A DNA stretch of 64,000 nt from Octopus sinensis (taxonomy: Eukaryota), in the NCBI RefSeq assembly GCF_006345805.1, contig NW_021833665.1, forward strand, positions 1-64,000. The letters run 5' to 3'. Made by a program: the position numbers and the translations under genes. Under the pieces are notes generated by a model. That model had not been told where the DNA came from. It made no database searches and saw only the letters and a program-made list of their open reading frames with translations. Position 1 is the first letter of the stretch, and the number at the start of each line of letters is the position of its first letter. Shown in pieces: positions 1-14,300 of this stretch.

Positions 1-47
<47 letters not shown>

Positions 48-90
48 GTATATATATATGTATATATATATGTATGTATATATATATGTA
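1..90. repeat. (TA)n/(TATG)n microsatellite
   Basis: Pure TA/TATG sequence. Confidence 0.97.
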
Positions 91-1545
91 GAGCAGAGGC
101 CAAAAACTACAGGCCAGTCTCCCTGACGTCACACATAAGTAAGGTCATGGAACGAATCATCAGAAAAAAACTGATCACGTTCCTCGAAGAAACTAACCGT
201 CTCACTGACCAACAGCATGGCTTTCGCCCAGGAAGAAGCTGCCTTACGCAGCTGTTACAACACTACGACGGGGTACTGAAACAACTACTGGATCGCTCAC
301 AGGTGGATTGTGGTATATCTTGACTTTGCGAAGGCCTTTGACAAAGTCGACCACGGAGTGATATGTCACAATTACTCAGACTCGGCATAACAGGAAAAGT
401 AGGTGAGTGGATACAGACTTCCTGAAGGACAGAAGCCAGATGGTTGCAGCCAATGGAGCCCTCTCGGGAAAGACACCAATAGCAAGCGGGGTGCCACAGG
501 GCACAGTCTTGGGACCCTTGCTGTTTTTGGTGGCGCTCTCTGACATGCCTTGGTAGCACAAACAACATCCCTCACTAGCTATGCTGATGACACAAAGGTA
601 GCACAGGCAATCAAAACCCAGCTGATGCTGACCTTTTACAAGATCTGGATGCCATATACAAATGGGCTGAAGACAAAATGCAATTTAATGCTGGTAAATT
701 TCAAGCCTTACAATATCAAGCTGTAAACACATATACATTACAACACAACTATACTGGTCCAGGAGGGATCGAAATCAATACGGGACCTGGGGATAGACAT
801 GAGTGACAATGCATCTTTTTCTTCACACATCGCGAAGGTGCGACAAGTGCAGACGACTCACTGGCGGGATCATGAGGACATTCCGGACAAGAGACTGCGA
901 GACCATGTTGACACTATGGAGGACATTTGTCCTAAGCCGCCTGGACTACTGCTCCCAACTGTGGTCACCGCATAGTGTCCAAAATAACCACAGAGCTCGA
1001 GACAATCCAAAGACATTTCACCAAGAGGATTTCCACCATGAAAGAAAAGAACTATTGGGAGAGGCTTAGGGAAACTCAATTTGTACTCCTTGGAACGAAG
1101 ACGAGAGAGATATGCAGTGATACATATGGGAAAATCCTGGAGAACTAGCACCAAATTTTGGAATTGAGAGCTGTTCCAATCCCCGTACAGGACGTCACTG
1201 TGTGGGTGCCAAAGGTCCCGTCTTCCACATCCAGGGTAAGGAGCAGATACTGTAATAGCCTGGGTTCAGGGGCCCTCAGCTTTTCAACAAACTGCCAAGA
1301 AAACTAAGAGATCTACATGATGCGGATGTGGACATTTTCAAAAAACATCTAGACAAGCTGCTTTCCGGGATCCCAGATGAACCCACTGCAAGGTACGAAG
1401 GTAACCTAAGGGCAGCAGCTACAAACTCTCTCTCAGATCAGTGGCCAGCCACGGCAAACTGGACTTAGAGAGGGTAGCAACAAGGGCGGTGCCCCAGCAT
1501 GGCCTCAGCCGGATGGCTGAAACAAGTAAAAGAGTAAGAGAGAGA
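91..1545 (+). mobile_element. 5'-truncated, frameshifted CR1/L2-clade LINE (RT domain to 3' tail)
   Basis: RT motifs [50 protein letters not shown] and later SRLDYCSQLWSP are spread across frames. It ends in a tail GCGGTGCCCCAGCATGGCC...CTGAAACAAGTAAAAGAGTAAGAG. Confidence 0.9.
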
Positions 1546-1548
1546 GAG

Positions 1549-1790
1549 TATGTATATATATATATATGTATATGTATATATATATATGTATGTATGTATA
1601 TATATGTATGTATATAAGTATGTGTGTCTGTGTTTGTCCCCCTAGCATTGCATATATGTATATATATATGTATGTATATATGTATGTATATATATATGTA
1701 TGTATATATATATGTATGTATATATGTATGTATATATATATGTATGTATATATATATGTATATATATATATGTATGTATATATGTATGTA
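1549..1790. repeat. (TA)n/(TATG)n microsatellite
   Basis: Direct inspection; interrupted briefly at about 1620-1650. Confidence 0.95.
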
Positions 1791-2071
1791 TATCATCATC
1801 ATCATTCAACGTCCGCTTTCCATGCTAGCATGGGTTGGACGGTTCAACTGGGGTCTGGGGAGCCCGAAAGCTGCACCAGTCCAGTCAGATCTGGCAGTGT
1901 TTCTACAGCTGGATGCCCTTCCTAACGCCAACCACTCCGAGAGTGTAGTGGGTGATTTTATGTGCCACCGACACAGGTGCCAGACGAGGCTGGCAAACGG
2001 CCACGCTCGGATGGTGTTTTTTGTGCCACACCGCCACAGGTGCCAGACGAGGCTGGCAGACGGCCCACGCT
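1791..2071 (-). mobile_element. RTE-clade 3' end / RTE-derived short element
   Basis: (CAT)n tail followed by CAACGTCCGCTTTCCATGCTAGCATGGGTTGGACGG...CTACAGCTGGATGCCCTTCCTAACGCCAACC. The same 3' end terminates the RT-bearing RTE copies at 37099 and 47528. Confidence 0.85.
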
Positions 2072-3656
2072 CGGATGGTGTTTTTATGTGCCACCGACAC
2101 AGGTGCCAGATGAGGCTGGCAAACGGCCACGATCGGATGTGTTTGTTACGTGCCCACAGCACGGAGGCCAGTTGATGCGTATACTGGCTACGGCCATGTT
2201 CGGATGGTTTTTCTTGTGTGCCACGTGCCACCGGCACTGGTACCACAAATACAAATTCCATTGATGTTCATCTATTTTGATTTGTTTGATTTGATTTTCA
2301 CTTGCCTCAACAGGTCTTCACAAGTGTCACAAGAAGGAAGGTATGCACAGGTGGACTGACTACGTCCCAGGTAGGGGCCACAGGTTATGGCTTGACTAGT
2401 CTTGCCGGGTCTTCGGATGGTGTTTTTATGTGCCACCGACACAGGTGCCAGATGAGGCTGGCGAACGGCCACGATCGGATGGTGTTTGTTACGTGCCCAC
2501 AGCACGGAGGCCAGTCGGTGCGGTACTGACTACGGCCACGTTCGGATGGATTTCTTGTGTGCCACCGGCACTGGTACCACAAAGATACAAATTCCATTGA
2601 TGTTCATCTATTTTGATTTGGTTTGATTTTGATTTGATTTGATTTGTTTTGATTTCATTTTGATTTTGATTTTGATTTTCACTTGCCTCAACAGGCCTTC
2701 ACAAGTATCACAAGGAGGAAGGTATGCACAGGTGGACTGACTACGTCCCAGGTAGGGGCCATGGGATATGGCTTGACTAGTCTTGCCGGGTCTTCGGATG
2801 GTGTTTTTATGTGCCACCGACACAGGTGCCAGATGAGGCTGGCGAACGGCCACGATCGGATGGTGTTTCTTATGTGCCCACAGCACGATGGCCAGTCGAT
2901 GCGGTACTGACTACGGCCACGTTCGGATGGATTTCTTGTGTGCCACAGGCACTGGTACCACAAAGATACAAATTCCATTGATGTTCATCTATTTTGATTT
3001 GATTTGATTTTCACTTGCCTCAACAGGTCTTCACAACTGTCACAAGAAGGAAGGTATGCACAGGTGGACTGACTAGTCTTGCCGGGTCTTCGGAAGGTGT
3101 TTTTATGTGCCACCGACACATGTGGCCAGATGAGGCTGGCGAACGGCCATGATCGGGATGGTGTTTGTTACGTGCCCACAGCACGGAGGCCGGTCGATGC
3201 GGAACTGGCTACGGCCACGTTCGGATGGTTTTCTTGTGTGCCACCGGCACTGGTACCACAAAGTGGTGTGCCACCGGCACTGGTACCACAAAGATACAGA
3301 TTCCATTGATGTTCATCTATTTTTGATTTGTTTTGATTTTCACTTGCCTCAACAGGTCTTCACAAGTGTCACAAGAAGGAAGGTATGCACAGGTGGACTG
3401 ACTACGTCCCAGGTAGGGGCCATGGGTTATGGCCTGACTAGTCTTGCCGGGTCTTCGGATGGAGTTTTTATGTGCCACCGACACAGGTGCTAGATGAGGC
3501 TGGCGAACGGCCACGATCGGATGGTGTTTGTTATGTGCCCACAGCACGGAGGCCAGTCGATGCGGTACTGGCTACGGCCACTTTCGGATGGTTTTCTCTT
3601 GTGTGCCACCGGCACTGGTACCACAAAGATACAAATTCCATTGATGTTCATCTATC
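2072..3656. repeat. Tandem array of about 5 copies of a 300-380 bp RTE 3'-UTR-derived unit
   Basis: Unit start CGGA(T/A)GG(T/A)GTTTTTATGTGCCACCGAC at 2072, 2414, 2795, 3091 and 3456. Length variation comes largely from an internal (GATTT)n tract and small indels. Confidence 0.92.
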
Positions 3657-3674
3657 TATGTATATATATATATG

Positions 3675-3720
<46 letters not shown>

Positions 3721-4033
3721 TATATATATGTATGTATATATATATATGTATGTATGTATAAATATATATGTATGTATAAATATATATGTATGTATGTATA
3801 AATATGTATGTATGTATATGTATGTATGTATATGTATGTATGTATGTATGTATATATATGTATGTATGTATATATATATATGTATGTATATATATATGTA
3901 TATGTATGTATATATATATGTATGTGTATATGTATGTATATTATATATATATGTATGTGTATATGTATGTATATATATATATGTATTATATGTATATATA
4001 TAATATATATGGATATATAATGTATATATATAG

Positions 4034-4087
<54 letters not shown>

Positions 4088-4140
4088 GTATGTATATATA
4101 TATATGTATATATATATGTATATATATATGTATGTATATA

Positions 4141-4179
<39 letters not shown>

Positions 4180-4607
4180 ATATATATAGTATGTATATAT
4201 ATATGTATGTATATTATAATATATGTATGTATATATATATATATATATGTATGTATATATATATATATATATGTATATATTATATATATTTGTATGTATA
4301 TATTATATATAATGTTATTAATATTATATATATATGTAGTATATATATATTATGTATGTATCTATATATAATATATGTATGTATATATATATATATATGT
4401 TGTATATATATATATAGATATGTATGTAATATATATATATATTATGATATATATGTATATATATGTATATATATGTATATATATGTATATATGTATATAT
4501 ATGTATATATATATGTATGTATATATGTATATATATGTATATATGTATGTATATATGTATATATATGTATATATGTATATATATATATGTATGTATATAT
4601 ATGTGTG

Positions 4608-4646
<39 letters not shown>

Positions 4647-4828
4647 GTGTGTATATATATATATGTGTATATATATATATATGTGTATATATATATATGT
4701 GTGTGTATATATATGTGTGTATATATATATATATATGTGTGTGTATATATGTATATATATATATCGTCGGATGATATAAAATATCAAATGTTTTGGTATG
4801 TGACTTATGTATATATATATATACATAT
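3657..4828. repeat. 1.17-kb (TA)n/(TATG)n microsatellite with a 42-bp unique island at 4765-4806
   Basis: Direct inspection. Confidence 0.96.
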
Positions 4829-5330
4829 ACTTTGCAAAGGCCTTTGATAACGTCGATCATGGAATGATATGTCACAAACTGCGTGATCTCAACATAGTTG
4901 GAAAACTGGGAGAATGGCTTCATGACTTTCTGAAGGATAGAAGTCAGGTGGTAGTAGCCAATGGGGCCACCTCCATTAACACACAAATAGTGAGTGGTGT
5001 TCCGCAGGGCACTGTTCTGGGACCACTAATGTTCATAATGGCCCTCTCAGACATGCCCTCAGCCACGCAGAAGACCACGATCACAAGTTATGGCAGATGA
5101 TACAAAGTTCACAGGCAATACAGAACCCTGAGGACACTAAAACACCTGCAATGTGAGCTGGACGAAATATACAAGTGGCTGAAAAGAATAGCATGCAGTT
5201 CAATGCTGGAAAGTTTCAAGCTTTTACTATCATCTGCATGCAAAACTGAATGCAATACCCAATGAATACACTGGACCCGGAGGGATTGCAATCCCAGAGG
5301 CACAATCAGTGCGTGACCTGGGTATTCACA
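4829..5330 (+). mobile_element. Second CR1-clade LINE RT fragment, truncated by the satellite
   Basis: [11 protein letters not shown]...[14 protein letters not shown]...SY(A)DDTK; colinear with about 320-800 of the first LINE. Confidence 0.9.
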
Positions 5331-8300
5331 TGATGTTAAATGACGTCATATGATATGACGTTAAATACCGTTAAATGACATGAAATGACATGACGTTAAA
5401 TTATGCTTAACGACATGATGTTAAACGTGGTTGAAAGAGATGACGTTAAGTGACATGACGTTAAATAACATGGCGTTAAATGACATGACGTAAAATGACG
5501 TTAAAAAGCGATAAATGACATGACGTTAAATGACATGGCTTTAAATGACGTAAAAGGACATGGCGTTAAGTAACGTTAAATGACAATAAATGACATGAAT
5601 TTAAATGATGTTAAATAACGTTAAAGGTCATGACGTTAAATGACATGACGTTAAATAGCGTGAAATGACGTTAGATGACGTTTCATGACTTGACGTAAAA
5701 AGATGCTATATGACATGACGTTAAATGACATGTCGTTAAAAGACGTTAAATGACATGGCTTTAGATGTCATTAAACGACATGACGTTAAATGACATGGAG
5801 TTAAATGGCATGAGGTTAAATAACGATAAATCACGTTAACTGAAATGACGTTAAATGACATGACATTAAATGACTTTAAATGACATGATGTTAAATGACA
5901 TGAAGTTAAATGATGCTAAATGACAAGATGTTAAATGAGGTGAAATGACGTTAACTGACATGATGTTATATGACATTAAATGTCATTGACTGACGTTATA
6001 TGACATGACGTGAAATAACGTTGAATGACATGTCGTTAAATGACACGACGTTAAATGATGTAAAATGAAATAATATCAAATGACGATCAATAACATGTTG
6101 TTATATGATGTTAAATGACATGACGTTAAATAAAGTTAAATGACGTGACGTTAAATGACATTTGATGACATGACGTGAAATGACATGATATTAAATAATG
6201 CTAAATGACATTACGTTAAATAACATTAAATGATGTTAACTGACATGACGTTAAATGTCAGTAAATGACCTGACGTTAAATGACGTTAATTGATATGACG
6301 TTATAAAACATGATGTGAAATGACGTTAAATAACATGGTGTTAAATGACGTTAAATAGCAGGACGTGAAATGACGTTAATAGCGGGAAATGACGTTAAAT
6401 GATGCTAGATGATATGACGTTAAATAACATGGCGTTAAATGAAATGACGTTAATTGACGGTAAATGACATGACGTTAAATGACATGTTGTTAAATACGTT
6501 TTATGATATGACATTAAATGTAATAAAATGAACTGACGTGAAATGACGTTAATTAACAAGACGTTAAATGACATGACGGTAAATGACGTGGCGTGAAATG
6601 ACATGACGTTAAATTATGAATGACATGGCGTTAAATGACGTTAAATGACATGACGTTAAATTAAATGACGTTAAATGACATGACGTTAAAAAACGTGAAA
6701 TGACGGTAAATGACATGACGTTAAATGACATGTCGTTTAAAAACGTTAAATGACATGGCTTTAAATGACATTAAACGACATGACGTTAAATGACATGGAG
6801 TTAAATGACGTGACTTTAAATGACATGACATTAAATGAATTTAAATAACATGACGTTAAATCACGTTAAATGATGTTAAATGGCGTGACGTTATATGACG
6901 TTAAATGACTTTAAATGACATGACGTTAAATGATGTTAAATGAAGTTAAATGGCATGGCGTTAAATGACGTTAAATGAATGAAGTTAAGTGATGTTAAAT
7001 GACATGATGTTAAATGAGGTGAAATGACATTAACTGACATGAAGTAAAATTACGTTAAAAGACGTTAAATGTTATTCAATGACATGATGTTATATGACAT
7101 TGAATGTCATTAATTGACGTTATATGAAATGATGTTAAATGACATGACGTTAAATGATGTTAAATGACATGACGTGAAATGATGTTAAATGACGATCAAT
7201 AACATGTTGTTAGATGACGTTAAATGACATGACTTAAAATGAAATTAAATGACATGGCGTTAAATGACGTTAAATGATATGACATAAAATGATGTTAAAT
7301 GACGTTAAATGACGATCAATAACATGACGTTAAATGACGTTTAATGACATGACGTTAAATGTTGCTAAATGACTTGACGTTAAATGACATGATGTTAAAT
7401 GACGTTAAATGACATGACGGTAAATGACGTGGTGTTAAATGAGAGAAGTTAAATGGCGTTAAATTATATTTCGTTGAATGATTTGAAATAACGTTAAATT
7501 TCAAGACGTTAAATGATGCTCAATGACATGACGTTAAATAACATGGCGTTAAATGATGTTAAATGTCATTACGTTAAATTGCGGTAAATGAAATGATGTT
7601 AAATGACGTTTCATGACATGACGTTAAACGACCTTAAATGACATTAAATCACATGGCTTCAAATGACGTAATATGACATAACGTTAACTGACATGACGTT
7701 AAATGACGCTAAATGACGTTAAAAGATGCTAAATGACATGGCTTTAAATGACGTTAAATGACAGAAGTTAAATGGCGTTAAATCATATTTCGTTAAATGA
7801 CGTAAATTAACGTTAAATTTCATGACTTTAAATGACATGATGTTAAATGATGCTCAATGACATGACGTTAAATGACGTAAAATAAGGTTAGATAACATGG
7901 CGTTAAATGATGTTAAATGTCATGACATGAAATGGCGGTAAATGAAATGGTGTTAAATGACGTTTAATGACATGACGTTAAACGACCTTAAATGACGTTA
8001 AATGACATGGCTTCAAATGACGTTAAATGATGTTTTATGACATGACGTTAAATGACATGACATTAAATGACATGACGTTAAATGACGTGAAATGAAGTTT
8101 AATGATATGATGTTAAGTGACGTTAAATGGCGTTAAATGACATGTCGTTAATTGACGTTAAATGACTGGACGTTAAATAACGTTAAAGGAAATGATGTTA
8201 AATGACGATCAATAACATGTTGTTAAATGACATTAAATGATAATACGTTAAATGAAGTTAAATGACATGACGTTAAATGACGGTAATTGACGTGACGTTA

Positions 8301-11300
8301 AATGTCGGTAAATGACATGACGTTAAATGATGTTTACTGACATGACGGTAAATGAAATGTTGTTAAATGACATTAAATGACATGACATGAAATGACGTTA
8401 AATGACGTTAAATAACATGTTAAATGACAAGACCTGAAATGACGTTAATGGCGGTAAATGACATGACCTCAAATAACGTGAAATGACGTTATATGACAAG
8501 ACGTTAAATGACGTTTCCTGACATGACATTAAATGTTGCTAAATGACATGACGTTAATTGACGGTAAATGACATGATGTTAAATGACGTTAAATGATGTG
8601 AAATGACATGTCGTTAACTGATGTTAAATGACATGACGTTAAATGACAAAACGTTAAATGATGTTCAATAACGTTAATGGTCATGACGTTAACTCACATG
8701 ACGTCAAATGACGTTAAATGATAATAAATGACAGGACGTTATATGAAGTTAAATTACATTAAATGACGCTATATGACATGACGTTAAATGAAAAGACGTT
8801 AAATGACATGACGTTAAATGATGTTAAATGACATAAGGTTAAATGACGTTATATGACATGAAGTCAAATGACGTCAAATGACATGACGTTACATGACTTT
8901 ATAGGACGTTAAATAACTTGACGTTAAATCGCATTAAATGACGTTAAATGACCTTAAATGACATGACGTTAAATAAGGGGAAATGACGTTAAATGATGTG
9001 ATATGACATGGCTTTAAACGACATTAACTGACATGAGGTTATACGACGTTAAATGACATGACGTTAAATGACATGACGTTAGATGACATGACGTTAAATG
9101 ATGCTCAATGACATGACATTAAATAATATGGCGTTAAATGATGTTAAATGTCATGACGTTAAATGGCGGTAAATGAAATGATGTTAAATGACGTTTAATG
9201 ACATGACGTTAAACGACCTTAAATGACTTTAAATGACATGGCTCCAAATGACGTTAAATGATGTTTTATGACATGACGTTAAATGACATGACGTTGAATG
9301 ACATGACGTTAAATGACATAACGTAAAATGACGTGACGTTAAATAACATTTGATGACATGACGTGAAATGACATGACGTTAAATGATGCTAAATGACATG
9401 ACGTTAAATTATGTTAAATGACATGGCGTTAAATGACATTAAATGACATGAGGTTTAATAACGTTAAATGACATGACGTTAAATGACCTGACGTTAGATG
9501 AAGTTAAATGACATGACGTTCAATGATATGACGTTAAATGATGTTAAATGACATTAAATGACATGATGTTGAATGACGTTAAATGTCAGTAAATGACATG
9601 ACGTTAATTGATGTTTACTGACATGACGTTAAATACCGTTAAATGACCTGACGTTAGATGGCGTAATATGACGTTAAATGACAGACGTTCAATGACGTTA
9701 ATGGATATGACGTTAAATTACTTGACATGAAATGACGTTAAATAACATGTTAAATGACAAGACGTGAAATGACGTTGCGTGATATGACGTTAAATGATAT
9801 GACATTAAATGACATGACGTTAAATGCCTTTTAATGACGTTATAAGGCGTTAAATGACATGACGGTAAATTACGTTAAATGACATGACGTTAAATGATAT
9901 TAAATGACATGACGTTAAATAACGTTGAATGACATGACGTTAAATGAAGTTGAATGACATGATGTTAAATGACGCTAAATGGCGTTATATGACATGAGGT
10001 TAAATGACGTTATATGACATGAAGTCAAATGACGTTACATGACATGACGTTATATGTCTTTAAAGGACGTTAATGACTTGACGTTAAATGGCGTTAAATG
10101 ACATGACGTTTAATGACAGGACGTTAAATGAAGTTAAATGACATGAGGCAAAATGATGTTAAATGACGGTAATTGACGTGACGTTAAATGATATTTTATA
10201 TGACGTTAAATGATGCTAAATGACATGACGTAAAATGAGGTTAAATTATGTTAAATGACATTGAGTTAAATGACGTTATATGACAGCGTTAAATGACATG
10301 ACTTTAAATAACGTTAAATGACATTAACTGACATGACGTAAAATAAAGTTAAATGACATGAGGTTAAATGACATGACGTTAAATGACCTGACGTTAGATG
10401 AAGTTAAATGACATGACGTTAAATGTCAGTAAATGACGTTAAATACCGTTAAATGACATGACGTTAAACGAACTGACGTTAAATGACGTTATATGATGTT
10501 AAATGACAGACGTTAAATGACATGACGTGAAATGACGTTAAATAACATGGAGTAAAATGACGTTAAATGACAAGACCTGACTTGACGTTAGTGGCGGTAA
10601 ATGACATGACGTTAAATAACGTGAAATGACGTTATATGACAAGACGTGAAAGACGTCAAATGACGTTAAATGAAATGACGTTAAATGACATGACGTTAAA
10701 TGAGGTTAAATGACGTGAGATGACATGACGCTAAATGACGTAAAATGACATGAACTGAAACGTTAAATGACATGACGTTAAATGACATGACGTTTAATAA
10801 AGTTAAATGATATGACGTTAAATGACATAACGTTAAATGACATGACGTTGAATTACATTAACTGACATGACGTTTAATAACGTTAAATGACATGACGTTA
10901 AATGCCTTTTAATGATATGACGTTAAATGACATGATGTTAAATGACATAATGTTAAATGACGGTCGATGTCAAGGTGTTAAATGAGTTAAAATGACGTTA
11001 AATGACATAACGTTAAATGACGTTATATGACGTTAAAAGTCATGACATTAAATGACGTTAAATGACATAAAATAACGGTAAATAATATGACGTTAAATGA
11101 TATTAAATGAAATGACGTTAATGACGTTATATGACGTTAAAAGTCATGACATTAAATGACGTTAAATGACATAAAATAACGGTAAATAATATGACGTTAA
11201 ATGATATTAAATGAAATGACGTTAAATGACGTTATATGACATGACGTTAAATGATGTTAAATGAAAAGACGTTAATTTATGTGAAATGAAGTTATATGAC

Positions 11301-14300
11301 ATGACCTTAAATGATGTTAAATGATATGACGTTGAATGAATGAGGCTAAACGACGTTAACTGACCTGAAGTCAAATGACGTTAAATGACATGACGTTACA
11401 TGATGTTAAATGAAATGACATTAAATGACGTTAGATGATTGAAATGACATGGCGTTAAATGACGTTAAATGACATGACTTTAAATGACGTTAATTGACAT
11501 GATGTTAAATGACGCTAAATGACATGATGTTAAATGACGTTATATGATATGACGTTAAATGTCGTTAAAGGCCATGACGTTAAATGAAATTAAATAACGG
11601 TAAATGATGTTAAATAACATGACGTTAAATTATGCTAAATGACATGTTAAATGACATGGTCTTAGACGACGTTAAATGACATGAAATGACATGGTGTTAA
11701 ATGACGTTAAATGAGATGACGTTAAATGACATGACGTTAAATGACGTTAAATGACTTTAAATGACATAACTTTAGATGACGTTAAATGATGCTGAAAGAC
11801 ATGGCGTTAAATGAAGGTAAGTGACATGACGTTAAATGACGTTAAAAAACATGGCGTTAAATGACATGACGTTAAATGGTGGTAAATGGCATGACGTTAG
11901 ATGACACGACGGTAAATGATGTTAAATGACTTTCGATGACATGACGTTAAATGATGTTAAATGACATGACGTTATATGACATTAAATGACTTGACGTTAA
12001 ATGACATGACGGTATATGGTGTTAAATGACATGACGTTAAATGATATGACGTTAAATGACACGACGTTAAATGATGTTAAATGACATAATGTTAAATGAC
12101 GGTCGATGTCAAGGTGTTAAATGAGTTAAAATGACGTTATATGACGTTAAATGACATTAAATAACGGTAAATAATATGACGTTAAATGATATTAAATGGC
12201 ATGACGTTATATGACATGACCTTAAATGATGTTAAATGATATGACGTTGAATGACATGACGTGAAATGAAGTTAAATGACATGACGTTTAATGAAGTTGA
12301 ATGACATGATCTTAAGTGACGCTAAATGGCGTCATATAACATGAGGTTAAATGAATGAGGTTAAACGACGTTAACTGACATGAAGTCAAATGACGTTAAA
12401 TGACATGACGTTACATGATTTTAAAGGACGTTAAATGACTCGACGTTAAATGACATGACGTTAAATGAAATGACGTCAAATGATGTAAAATGACGCTCAT
12501 TAACATGACGTTAAATCACGTTAAATGACGGAAATTGACATTACGTTAAATGACATTTGATGGCATGACGTTAAATGACGTGAAATGACATGACATAAAA
12601 TGACGTTAAATTATGTTAAATGACATGGCGTTAAATAACGTGAGATGACGTTATATTACATGACGTTAAATGATGCTAAATGAAATGACGGTAAATGACA
12701 AGAGGTTAAATGACGTTCAATGAAATGTTGTTAAATAACGTTAAATGACATGATGCTAAATGATGTTAAATGAAATGATGTGAAATGATATGGCGTTAAC
12801 TGATGTTAAATGAGATGACGTTAAATGGCGTGAAATGACATGACGTTAAATGAGGTTAAGTGACATAACGTTAAATGATGTTCAATAACGTGAAAGGTCA
12901 TGACGTTAAATCACGTTAAATGACATAACGTTAAATGACATGACGATAAATGATGTTTAATGACGTTAAATGATATTACATGAAATGACGCTAAATGACG
13001 TAAAATGACTTGTCCTTAAATGACGTTAAATGATGGTTACTGACATGACGTTAAATGACATGACGTTAAATAAAGTTAAATCACGCTAACTGACGTTAAA
13101 TGGCATGACATTCAATTACTTTAAATGACCTTAAATGGCGTTATTTGATATGACGTGAAATGACATTACGTTAAATGATATTACGTAAAATGACATGATG
13201 TTAAATAACGTTAAATGACTGTAAATGACATGACGTTAAATGACGGTATATGACATGACGTTAAATAACATGACATTAAATGACATCACGATAAATAACG
13301 TTAAATGTCATTCACTGATATGACGTTAAATACCGTTAAATGACCTGACATGAGATGTCGTTAAATTACATGAGGTTAAATGACGTGAAATGTCATGACG
13401 TTCAATGACGTTAAATGACGTTAAATAACATTAAATCAAATGACATTAAATTATATGGAGTTAAATAACGTAAAATGACATTAATGAAATGACGGTAAAA
13501 CGTGACGTAAATGACATGACGATAAATAACGTGAAATGATGTTATATGACATGACGTTAAATGACGTTTCATGACATGACGTTAAATGATGCTAAATGAC
13601 ATGACGTTAAATGACGTTAAATAAAATGGCGTTGTGTAACGTTAAATGAAATGACGTGAAATGATGTTAAATGACTGTGACTGACATGGCTTCAAATGAC
13701 GTTAAATGACATGACGTTAAATGATGTTAAATGAAATGACATTAAATGACGTTAGATGATTGAAATGACATGGCGTTAAATGACGTTAAATGACATGACT
13801 TTAAATAACGTTAATTGACATGATGTTAAATGACGCTAAATGATATGATGTTAAATGACGTTAAATGTCGTTAAATGCCATGACGTTAAATGAAATTAAA
13901 TAACGGTAAATGATGTTAAATAACATGACGTTAAATTATGCTAAATGACATGTTAAATGACTTTAAATGATGTTAAATGGCATGGTCTTAAACGACGTTA
14001 AATGACATGAAATGGCATGGTGTTAAATGACGTTAAATGAGATGACGTTAAATGACGTGGCATTAAATGACTAAATTACACGACGTTAACTGACATGACG
14101 TTAAATGACGTTAAATTACTTTAAATGACATAACTTTAGATGACGTTAAATGATGTTGAAAGACATGGCGTTAAATGAAGGTAAGTGACATGACGTTAAA
14201 TGACGTTAAAAAACATGGCGTTAAATGACATGACGTGAAATGACGTTAAATGGTGGTAAATGGCATGACGTTAGATGACACGACGTTAAATGACACGACG

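Noticed and set aside
2072-3656. CRISPR-like appearance of regularly recurring motifs
   Set aside because: The whole unit repeats with no unique spacers, there are no cas genes, and the context is eukaryotic and RTE-derived.
1419-4986. Many long Y/I/M/V/C/H-rich ORFs (up to 353 aa); similar ones at 49873-50451, 54503-54848 and 57578-58043
   Set aside because: They are translations of (TA)n/(TATG)n microsatellites, which lack stop codons in several frames.
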